From: an uncultured Nitrososphaerota archaeon | GTDB lineage: Archaea; Thermoproteota; Nitrososphaeria; Nitrososphaerales; Gagatemarchaeaceae | Assembly: GCA_963718895.1 (NCBI GenBank) | Contig: CAVRAG010000008.1 | Coordinates: 1 to 64,000 of the forward strand | Length of the DNA: 64,000 nucleotides | Reading direction: 5' to 3' | Program-made: the position numbers and the translations under genes | Notes under the pieces: generated by a model | Database searches by the model: none | Told to the model about the DNA's origin: nothing | Seen by the model: only the letters and a program-made list of their open reading frames with translations | In this document: positions 21,201 to 31,768 of the stretch, one piece after another | Layout: every line of letters starts with the position of its first letter | How positions within the stretch are numbered: position 1 is the first letter of the stretch

Positions 21201-23344
21201 TCCACAAGCCCGCGAGGAAGGCAATGTCCTGGTTCAGTTCTATCTGCGCCGGGATGGACAGAGAGCTCCTCACCGCATGCACCCTCAGCTGCTGCGGTTG
21301 CCCCACCGTCGTCCCGGGTGCTGCCCTGATGGTGTAACGAGCGAACTCAGGCAGCGTACTTAGGTCGAAGAACGTGTTACCGGCACCGGAGGGGAGAGAA
21401 CGAGGGACGACCAGGAATGTACCGACGGAGATGTCCCTCCCGGATATGTTCGACAGTTCCCCGGCCTCATCCAAGCTGAAGAGCGAATGGTCGGCTGTGA
21501 CTTCCACGGTCCTGCCCGTGCGCGTCCTGACGTTCACAAAGTCCTTGTGGACCTTGTGCCTGATGAGAGCGGTGCAGTCGCTCCATAGCACCCTGCCTGA
21601 CGAATCGGCCGTCAGGACCCTCAGGTCGTTGGGCTTTGCGAGCTCGTGGCCCGTCGGGCTTAGCGTCGTACCGTCTTGCAGCGCTTGATCGATGTACGGA
21701 CCGATCTTGACCTTGCGGACCGCGCCACGCTCGGAGACGAGGATCTCCGCATCTCCCACTACAGAATCCTCGACGCTGACGATCTTCTGGTCTGGAGGGA
21801 TGAACATCGAGAGGGCGTTGAGGGTCGTGGTGTTGTGCAGGAAGACGCCGCCCACGCCGCCGACGAAGTTCTGCACGTCGGGAACTTCGAGGTCGTAGAC
21901 ATATTCGCCCGAGTACGGGACCTCCTCGACTTCGACAACCTCGTCCCAAGATAGCTCTACCTTTGACCTCGCGACGACTAACTGACCAGCCTGCATCTTC
22001 GTATGAAGAGTGACATATTCGGCATCCGATACGGGGACGGAGCTTGGCACCGCCACGTGCATCCCAGGACGGAGGCGGACGACCGGATATGGTTGGGCTG
22101 ATCCGTTCCCTGAGACGAAGATGGAATGATCGCCCGTGGTGCACACTTCCCGTCCCCCGCGAGTCTTAACTTTGAAGATCGTCTTCTCCGCAGGATGACG
22201 AACCACTGAGGCAACTGGAAATATGCCTACGCTAAGATTCGAATCGAATGCGAGCGTCTCGATGGAATGGAGATCGAGAATTTCGTATTCATCTTCGCGC
22301 CTGCACTCCGATGAAGTTGCAAATTCCTCGTATAGTTCCCCGATTGGCACGGTCCGGAGCATTCCACTTTGATAGACTGAGACCTTCTCGTCATGGGGTA
22401 TGCTCTTGCCGCTGGCCGTACCGCCTGCGACCAGAAGCGACATCCGCTTCTCGATGAGGTACCAGAGGTATGCGCCCAGCTCGGGGGAGAGCGTGTTGTA
22501 CTTGAGGAGGTCGACGATCGTGATGGGGTCGCCCTTGAACTTCCTTATGGTGAACGTGCTGCCCTTCTTCGTGATCTCCTTCCCGTAGGTGATCTGGATC
22601 CTGCTGCCGTCGGGGAGCGTCGCGTCCACGATCGGTGCCGCGATGGAGATGTGCTTGCCCGAGACATAGGCGAGCTTCGAGGCGAAGGTGTTGAGCTCCT
22701 CGTCGCCCTGGAACATCACGTTCGTCGGAATCGACTCGTAGTCCCTGTGCCAGATGAAGAGCGGGATCCTGGGCCCGTCGCAGCTGACATCCTCGATGCG
22801 CGGGTCGTTCATCAGGACCTCTATCCTGCCGAGCTTGATGTAGTCGCGGACGAAGTAGTAGGCGATCTTCTTGTAGGACTCGGGGGCGACGTTGATCTTG
22901 TACTTCTTCGCAAGCGTCTTGGCCTCTTCGACGAGATAGACCTCGGCGCTCTTGTTGTTCTTGAGCTTGGCCATGTCGACCTCGAGCTCGTCGACTAGCA
23001 GTCTGGTCAGCTTCTGGTAGACCTGCTTCTCCCAGAGCGTGAGCCTCGGCTCGACGACGACGTATCGGAAGCCGCCGGTCTCCGAGTCCTTCTGGATGCC
23101 CACGTACACGTCGGGGTTGTCCGGGTAGATCTGGTAGCGCATGACGAAAGGCGATGTCACTGCGGCTGGCAGAGTCTGTTCCTCCTTTCGTATCTCCGCG
23201 GACTGAGGGGCGTTGACTGGCTGCTGCTTCGGGAGCCGGTGGGGGGAGCGTCGCCCCGGCGCCATTCTTCTCCTCTTCAAGCCGAGGCTGGAACTGAGAA
23301 GCCATGCCTGCCTGTTGCTGCTGTTGGCTGACCTCGACTCTCAT
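18200..23344 (-). CDS. Type II/IV secretion (VirB11/FlaI/TadA-like) pilus assembly ATPase interrupted by three inteins
   Basis: After intein removal the protein reads Walker A GGTASGK|TT, Asp box IVSVED|TPEL, Walker B RPDIIIVGEVRG, His box QAIA|TGHGGLGTVHAD. N-terminal IEDVSCDG and DATLPDGSR motifs. Confidence 0.95.
18689..20157 (-). mobile_element. Intein 3 (~490 aa) with LAGLIDADG domain and zinc ribbon, just before the His box; two frameshifts
   Basis: Starts SVTGDTPV; block B ATGSHSVF; VLGIYLADG and FLSGWEADG; block F FVYDISVP; ends ALHN followed by TGH. Confidence 0.92.
20338..21765 (-). mobile_element. Intein 2 (476 aa) with LAGLIDADG homing endonuclease, in the Asp box
   Basis: Starts SVVGDAEI; block B VTADHSLF; FLAGLWIADG and LLRGYFTGDG; block F VYDLSVP; ends LCHN followed by Thr. 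Confidence 0.95.
21832..22404 (-). mobile_element. Intein 1 (191-aa mini-intein) in Walker A
   Basis: Starts SIPHDEKV; block B TTGDHSIF; block F YVYDLEVP; ends FLHN followed by Thr. No LAGLIDADG motif seen. Confidence 0.93.
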
Positions 23345-24182
23345 CGCGGGGGCTCGGGGCCGGGTCCTTGGACGCTGGCGTCCTTCTCCGATGGCGCTCC
23401 GGGTTCTGGGCCACGATCGGGAAGAGTGTCGACCTTCTCGGGACCCGGGGGAAGCGACGGCGCTACGGGGGAGGCCACTGGAGTCTGCTCGACAGGCGAC
23501 AGCGGTTCGACCATCTTCTCGGTCGGCGCCACTGCCTGTGGGGCCGGGTCGGGGATGATCTCTACAGGCACTTGCGACACCGCCTCCACCTGTGGGACGG
23601 AGACCTGGCCGACGTCGACTCCCGGCTGGAGCGCCAGAACCGGCACCGTCTCCTGGGTAACCCCCACTTCGGCGGCGTCGAAGACTGGACTCGATCTCCT
23701 TGCTCTCCAGGCCCAGACCTGCACGACCGCGAGCTCACCAAAGAGCAGGCCGATCAGCGCATATGCCGCCTGGGAGTTCGAGAGATGACCGTCGTGATCA
23801 GGAGGCTGGCGATAGGCAGCTTCGCCGGGAATGCCACGAGAATCGAGAAAGCCTCCAGTCCTAGGTACACGGCGAGAAAGAACGATACGCCCAAGGTAAT
23901 CAGCCGCACGTATCCAGTCACGATGTTCGGCGCCTCCTCGGGCAGGAGGTGAGTGTTCATGCCTGGCTGAGGAACGGGTTCTGGCTCCGTCTGCACGGCC
24001 TTGCTGTTCCATGGGTTGCGCCTCGACGGCCATTGGGCTGACCATTCGGTGCTTCCGACAGAGCGGGATCTTCCGGTGAGGCCTTCCTCTCCCTCTATCT
24101 TGGGCTTCTTCGACCTATTTCTCCGTGCGGTCGTGGTCGATTTTGACCGAGTGCTACGTTTCTTCTTCGGGGGATTAGCCAT
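23341..24182 (-). CDS. Hypothetical membrane protein, Lys/Arg-rich N-terminus and Pro-rich C-terminus; frameshifted
   Basis: ORFs 23754-24182 and 23341-24045 overlap; hydrophobic segments; abuts the ATPase start. Confidence 0.55.
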
Positions 24183-24299
24183 GATCGAACATCGCGCCTA
24201 ACCTAGACGCTTCTTGCGGAGTCTCCGGCAGCAGAATCCATCCCGCTGCCGTCTGTTCGAAGTCGGGAATTCAGGATAGGGCTCACCTTTGACCTCCGC

Positions 24300-24760
24300 A
24301 TCGGCTCATTTGGCCTCTTTAGCTGTTTATATAGATTTTACCAACAGATAGTTGTGTCTGTTGACCTACGGGTCAAATAGCATTACCTCTGGAGCAAAAA
24401 CGACAGTATTTAGCTCCGTAACCCAGCGTCGACGCTTGAATACGGTCCCGCAGCCCAAGGCGCCGCAGGTTTCTGCCGTTCCGACACGTTGTCTGTCATC
24501 CCCCTTTGGCGAATTTGGCGAATTAGAGGAATAATTGATTTAATAATTAATTCAGAGAAATATTGCCCTGGGTGGGGTTTAAGATATTTCAGCAAGTATT
24601 TCAGCATCTCCATGTAAATTGATTCTGGCGCATATGTAATCTCTGATTGATATGCACATAAGAATATTATGACATCCTTTACTATGAAAATCATCTATGG
24701 AGGAACTTGGAACTAATCTTATATAACTCAATTCTGGAGGCGCCATCCATACCAAGAATG
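24300..24760. promoter_or_regulatory. AT-rich intergenic region between the divergent pilus operon and giant surface-protein gene
   Basis: TATA-like TTTATATA at 24326 and CTTATATAA at 24718; visibly AT-rich against GC-rich flanks; short direct and inverted repeats. Confidence 0.55.
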
Positions 24761-25009
24761 GTGCTTGCGAACCCATGATAATGCCTGCAGCGCTCTCCGG
24801 GCGAAGCCTGACGTCTCCTGCAAAAGGGTCGCCGATGAAGCAACTAATCGTTCTTTGCCACCCGATTCCTGTGCTCATGGATAGCTTCGTCTCGCCGCTT
24901 CCGGTCCGTCCGGGAAGTATCTCCAAGGTCCCGATTACCCCGGCCTTAATCGAAGTTCATCTCTTATCACGAAGGTTGGCTCGACCGTGGTCGAGGAGTC
25001 GGTCTAACC

Positions 25010-28000
25010 TTGGCGGCTGCGAGCATGTACGGCCACGCCGGCGGGTACCGATTCTCCCGGAGACTCAGAGCCGACAGAAGACTCGTGCTCTCCATCGCCC
25101 TCATCACGCTGTTCGTGGCGCCCGTAGCGCTCAGCGTGCAACAGGCCCATGCCGTCGTAACAACGAACCCCGCGAGCGGCACAAACTACTCTACTGGGTT
25201 TGCCGACCAAAGGAAGGTCTTCGGCACGCCGACGGGTCTCGGTCAGACCACATGGTGGATCTTTTACTCGACCGGGAGCGTTGCAAAAGGGATTGAGTAT
25301 CAGTATTCTTTCAATGGCCAGACGTGGTCTACCCCGGCCACCTTGACGACCAGTGGGTTCATGACATATGGATGGGGATTTGACGCATACCAGGTAGGCA
25401 ACAACATCTTCTGGGTGACCTCCCCTCTCAGCGGCGCTAAGGCCGTCTACTTCGGTGAGATCACGCTTAACCCCGTCACCGGAGGGGTCACGATAGTTAC
25501 GAGCGGGACGTTCAACCTCGCGAACACGGTCAGCGGTTCTACAACGTCTTCAATCACGGTTGACGGGAACGGCTACACTTGGGTGGCCGTGTATACCGGA
25601 AGCTTCGTCGAGCTCTGGGCTGCAAGCAGGCTGCGCTTTCCACCTGCACCACAACACCCTCGGACTGGGTGGCCCAGGGTTCGGCATCCGGCTCCAGCAC
25701 CTTCGCGGTCAACTCGAACGGTGGCACCTATCTCACTCCGGTCCTCCTCTCTCTCAACTCCGGTCCGACGAACTATATGGCTTTGCTCTTCGTCCAACCC
25801 AACGCTGGCACTGCATACGGCACCCTCGATATCTACTACCTGGTCAGCAGCGGTTCTTCCTACGTCGCTTGGACGGGCCCAAACCATCCTGCCAGCGCTT
25901 TCTATCAGGTCTATGAGTTCTCTGCAGTCGTATCAGGTACGACGATCTACGTCGCGGGCGTGATGGCGACGTTTACGAACTTCTTCAGCTACACGCTCGG
26001 AGGAATCGTGACGGCAGAGACAGCCGTGGAAAACGCTGGAAGCTCATTCGTTCCCACCTTGTCTATCAGCGGGTCCACGCTCGTGCTAGCTTTCGGGTCC
26101 GGAGCTACAGTGTACTACGACACGGCGCCCCTTGCAACTGGCGTGTGGACGTTGGTACGCAACCAAGCGCCTCCTCGATACATAGCGGAGAACACCGAGA
26201 GCGTCGTTGCAGGGTACGACCTGAGCGCCACATCCGGGGACAACGGGAGTGCCCTGGCCTACATCTGGACCAACAGCGGAGGGGTTGTGCGCTTCTCGAC
26301 GCTGGAGATAGCTCCGGTACCAGTATCGGTCAGTCTATCACTAGTCGAATACGCGTTCAAGCAGACACCCTTTACGGAGACACAAAATGTCAGTGCCAGC
26401 AACTTCTACACGATTACGTATTGGGCCTGCACTCCGTCATGTTCTTCCCCCACTCAAAGTACCACTCAGTACACGTTCTCCAACGGTCAGACCCTCACAA
26501 TTTCCAATGTTGTCTCCCAGACTCTGGTGTACGATCTCCGCCACCACCTCTGGATCGAGCACCACGGAAGCTTGGTGTCTGGCGATAGGTAGCAACGGTG
26601 CCGGGACCCAGGGGGCCAACGCGCCGTGCAGCGCGATCTCGTTCGGCGCTTCGGATGGCGTCAGCGTGAAGTACTACTACTATGACCTTCTCTCAGAACC
26701 TTCGGTCTACTCTGTCTATGGAGGAGGCAGCCCCACTGCGCCAACGATCCACTACAACACTGCCCCCGGCGGAGTTACAACGACCGGCGCGCCCTCGACG
26801 CAGAACATCGCCCTCGCGATCAGCGCGGGGGTCTACCAGTTCGCCTCGAAGAGCTGCGCGTCCGCGGCGTCCTGCTCGATAACGCTGCCGAACAACGTGG
26901 TCGCGGGAGATGAGGTCGCGGTGGTCGTGATGTCCTCGGTGTCCACATCGACGGTGACTTCGATCGCCGACTCCCTGCTGACGAGCTACGCAAAGTCAAC
27001 GGCCGAGGCCTCGGTCGCAGGTGGAGACGTCGAGACGTGGTACGCGCACCTGGCATCGAGCGGTGCCAACACCATCACCGTCAACCTGAAGGCTGCGGCC
27101 GCGTCGGACATCATGGTCTACGAGATGCAGAACGTCAAGAACGCCGCGCCCACGTCGAAGATTAGCACGGGAACGTCACTCTCGCCCGCGGTCGCGTCCT
27201 ACGTTCCGTCGGTCGGCAGCATAGTGATCTCGGGGTTGAGTACCGCGTGCCGGACTGCGTGCTCGGTCTCGGCCGGTTTAGGGTACACCATCTCCTCGTC
27301 GCCTTCGGGCAACCTCGCGCTGGGAGCCACACTCGAAGGGGTCTCAGAGTACAGGCCTGTGGCGGCGGCCTCGGAGACGACCCCGTACAGCCTCACGACC
27401 TCTTCGGCCTGGAACGAGATATCGAGCTCCTTCGCGCCCACTAGTACACCGAACGCTTATTGGATTCTCAGGAACTCGACGTCCTACGTGAACACGGCCG
27501 TCTCGGGCCAGCCCGACGAGCAGTGGGCGGCCAACCCGGCAAACGCCGCCTGGATTATCAACTCAGCGAACGAGGTCCTGCAGAACATCCCGTACTATCA
27601 CCAGTACCTGAACTCGTATACGATTGCCGCTGCGGGTGGCCTGAATTTCGACCCCACGGTGAGTTACGTGCTGTACGGGACTCAGTACGGCCAGCCCGGA
27701 ATAGCGATAGCGACCCTCGCAGGGAGCACGCCGTCGATCACCACCTTGCAGTGGACAGATGCAGGGTCGACGGTCTCATTCCCTGCGCAGGGTAACAACG
27801 TGCCCGCGGGGACTAGGTGGATCCTCTCGCCCACCAGCACCCAGGTCACCCCGATCATAACTTCGGGGGGCAACGTCTTCGCCGTGATCTACTACAAGCA
27901 GTACGAGCAGAGCCTCGCCTACGCCATCTCCGACGGGACAACGCCGCCGATCAGCCCGCCGCCGATCAGCTACACGGCCTTCGGGGCGGTGCAGAACCCC

Positions 28001-30866
28001 ACGCTCAACGGGACGACCTCGCCGGTCTGGATGGACGCGAGCACAAAGGCGACCGTGACCCAGACCTACACGGGCGGCTCGGGAGAGCGATGGTACACGC
28101 CCACGGCAAGCTGGAACATCACGGCCACCAACATAGTGACGAACCCATCGATCGTCTGGTATCATCAGTTCCAGCAGACCCTCGCCTACACCACATCTGA
28201 CGGTCTCGCTATCCATGGCGCCCCCGGCAGTGTAACGATCAACTATTACTCGCTGGGCGTCGACAAGGCCCATCTCCTCAACCTTACGGCGAACGTGGTC
28301 TGGCTCGACGCCACGAAGCAGGTCTTCGTGAACGATCCGATATTCGGCGCTTTCCCCACTGAGCAGTGGACGGTGCAGCCAGGCAGCAGTTCCTGGCCCT
28401 CTATCTCCGCGACCAACCAGGTCACCAACCCGATCATGTACAATCACGAGTTCCAGGTGACCTTCGTTGTATCTCCCATAGGGACGGGCTCTATAACGGC
28501 CAACGGCAACGCCGTGCCCTTCGCCACTCCGGTCTGGGAGCCAGCGGGTCTCCCCGGGGCGAGCATAATCGGGAACTGGATCGTCGGTTACAGCTTCGGA
28601 GGATGGACGGACTCTGGCAGCATCCTCATAGTGGCGCCCGGGTCTTCTAGCACGACTGCCGTCATAAGCGGGACAGGGACCATAACTGCCAGCTTCACAC
28701 TGGTCACAGGGCTCGCATTCGTCGAGACGGGCGTGGCGCTGACAGGACCCTCCTGGTCCGTGCAGGTGACTGCCCCGGCGGCGATACCGAATCCCGGTTC
28801 CTCCGGCTGCATCCTTCTTTTCGGAACCACCTACACCTGCTCTAGCACTTCACAGGACATCATCATAGGCTCTGCGCCGCTTGGAACCTACACCTACACA
28901 ATCCCATCTCCTCAGGCATGGGCTGGGGGGACGCAGTACGCCTACACAGGTCCGGCCCCCACACCAGTAACGCTCTCGATCGCGTCTCCTTCGGCCACAG
29001 TCTCCGTCCCGTTCCAGGTCCAGTACTATCTCGCTCTGGTGACCAACCCGGTCGGCGCGGGCTCTATCACGGCCGTCCCATCGAGCAGCGCCGGAGCGCC
29101 CGCGGGCTGGTACTTCGCAGGCACGATCCCGACGCTGACGGCGACCGCCGTGGCCCCTGGAGCGGTCTTCCAGGATTGGACAGGGTTCGCCTCCGCGCCT
29201 TTGTGCGCCTCCCCCTCGACGCAGATAACAATGAACGCACCCGAGACCGCGACCACGAACTTCTTCGTGCCCCTTACGATACTGCTCACACCGGCGGCCG
29301 AGACCGCAGGCGTGGGGACGATCGTGACGACTACCGTCACTGCGACTGGTGGTAGCGGCTTCATCACCCTGGCCTCCGTGCCCCCTCTCCCTGCCGGCGT
29401 CACCGTCTCGTATTTCCCTAGCGGCAACCCCGGCCTGCCCGCCAACGCCAACGGGGCGATAGCCACGATGACCATCACGATCTCGCCGAACGCTCCGTTC
29501 GGTGTCTACACCTGGACGGTCACTGCGACTGACTCGAACATGCTGACGGCGAGCCACGACCTACCAGCTCGACATCATATCGCCCACGGTCACCACCATA
29601 GGGCTCGACCCGAGCGCCTACGCGATCACCTACGGCAGCCAGAACGCGCTCTTCTTCGCTTCCGGCCACTGGTTCGTCGTCTACTCCGACGGCACGAACC
29701 TGATTTACCGCTCCAGCACCGACTCGACCGGCAATTCATGGAACTCCGCAGCGTGACAATCGTCGAACGGGATCAACCAGGGCTACTCGTTCGCCGTGGC
29801 CAACTCTGGGTCCGGACGTCTACCTCGTGCTGCTCTCGCCCACCTTCACAGGCGGGTTCTACTTTGCCCAGGGGCAGGTGCGGTCCCGAGCGGAACGCCT
29901 CGAGCTGGAGCGCCTTGCTCTGGACCTTGCGCGCTCGGCCCCGTCGATGACAAGGTGAGCACCCCCCTGGCCCTCGGAGCGCTGACCACGGCGCGGGTCG
30001 CCGAACGTCTTCGTCGATACCTCGACGTACTGCCAGGGTGCTTCGCCTCTCACAGGGGTGTGCGTCTGGGTCACGGTCCCGGCGCTTGACAACCGCCTGA
30101 TGTGGCACGTCGAGGTCTTCCAGTTCACCAACTCGTGGAACATCCCGACGCGGCTTAACGGCGGGGACGTCAAGCTGCAACCAGGTCTACACCGGCGTCA
30201 ACTCCCAGGTCCACTCAGAGCTGTACGTGATGCCGGACGCGGTGGCAGCGACGTTCACGGTCGGCAACACACCGGAGCTCCCTCACGTCACGGTCTTCGA
30301 CCACGGGTACACCACAGCGGCGACCTTCTGCGTCGGAGGAGCAGTTCGACGGGGGTACTGCCCCGATCACCAGCCAGCTGGCCCGGAGCGTCGAGATCTA
30401 CACGCAGCAGCAGCAGGGAGCGGTTATGCCCGGCTACACCGGGACCGACATGATCTTCTTCGCGGCCTCGCGACCTACGGGTCGCCGGGCGCAGACGTCC
30501 AGTTCTACAGCTTCAACTTACGACTCCTAACCGCCGACGCTCTCGAGCTTCTCGGCCCCTGTCGCCCCTCGGGCATCACCACCATCCCGCTGAACGCGGT
30601 CGTCAACCACTCGTGGCACATTTCGATGACCTTCGGAGGTAGCTGGGCTCTACCTGGCCTACGGTGTCGACGACAACCTCGCCTTCCAGGTCGGGCACCC
30701 TGGGCCGGGCCCCGACTACACCCGTAGCTGGTCGGCGCCGATCCAGGTCCCAGGCGTCTCCGGCCTCGTGAACGGCGTCACGATCTCCTACTCGGGCAGC
30801 ACGGTCGGCCTGACCTGGGTGCAGACTCCGGGCCGCGGGTACGCGGTGAAGTTCTGCGTGATATAG
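25010..30866 (+). CDS. Very large secreted/surface protein (~1,900 aa reconstructed); multiple frameshifts
   Basis: Signal peptide ...VALSVQQAHA; Asp-box-like YSFNGQTW; repeated Y.Q(Y/F) beta units; FVETG..WSV and InlB-B-repeat-like (YSFGGWT, VFQDWTG) segments; Ser/Thr-rich. Confidence 0.7.
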
Positions 30867-30912
30867 GCCGCAAAGCCCGTATATAGCCGGGAGAGGAAGG
30901 CTGGTATAGCGC

Positions 30913-31767
30913 TTGAACTGTCAGTATTGTGGAAAGGAAGAGTCCCTCCCGTTCGTCTGCAACTACTGCGGCGGCGTGTTCTGCGGGGAGCACAGGCTTC
31001 CGGAGTCCCACCAGTGCACGGGGGACCTCTCACGCAAGCCCGTGGTGGAGACCTCGACCTCGAGCTTCGCCTGGAACGAAAGCGCAGTCGCCAGACGGTC
31101 AGGAGGCCGGTCGGCCACTCTTTCTCGGCCCACGAGGTCAGGGACATCCTCATAGCCTGGATGGCGCTGGGCATCGCCTTCACCCTTGCGAACACGGGGG
31201 GTCTGATCGCGGGATTCGCGGGACAGGTGAGCGTCCTGGACGGGAACACGACCATCGTCTTCAGCGCCCTACAGGTGCTCGGCCTCTCGCTCGCGACCGT
31301 CGGCGCGGGGTTCGTCCTCCACGAGCTGATGCACAAGTTCGTCTCGCAGAGGTACGGGTTCCAGGCGGAGTTCAGGATGTGGCCCCAGGGCCTCCTGCTC
31401 GCCCTGGTGCTCTCGGCGTTCACCGGTTTCGTCTTCGCCGCCCCGGGCGCGACCTACATCGACGGGCTACGGGATAAGGACCAAGGAGAACGGGGTGATC
31501 TCGCTCGCCGGGCCCCTGACGAACATCGTGATCGCGCTCCTCTTCTTCCCGCTGATCTTCTTCAACGGCGGGAGCCCGATCGTCTTCGAGGCGGGGTTCC
31601 TCGGCTCGTACATCAACGTCTTCCTGGCCGCCTTCAACATGCTCCCACTCATGCCCCTGGACGGCGCGAAGGTCTGGAGATGGAACAAGCTGATCTGGAT
31701 CGGCGTCTTCGGCCCGCTCGCCCTGGTCCTCCTCTCCTACTTCCTCGGGATCGTGCAGGTGATATGA
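30913..31767 (+). CDS. AN1-type zinc finger fused to site-2 (M50) intramembrane metalloprotease; frameshifted
   Basis: CQYC..CNYCGGVFCGEHRLPESHQC; HELMH; LAGP; FNMLPLMPLDG. Confidence 0.88.
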
Positions 31768-31768
31768 G

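Noticed and set aside
13588-23344. Archaellum operon
   Set aside because: No FlaH, FlaF or FlaG homologues seen; the split F-family genes and pilin style fit a type IV pilus.
24500-24760. Definite replication origin
   Set aside because: AT-rich, but no adjacent cdc6/orc1 and no convincing ORB repeats with G-strings.
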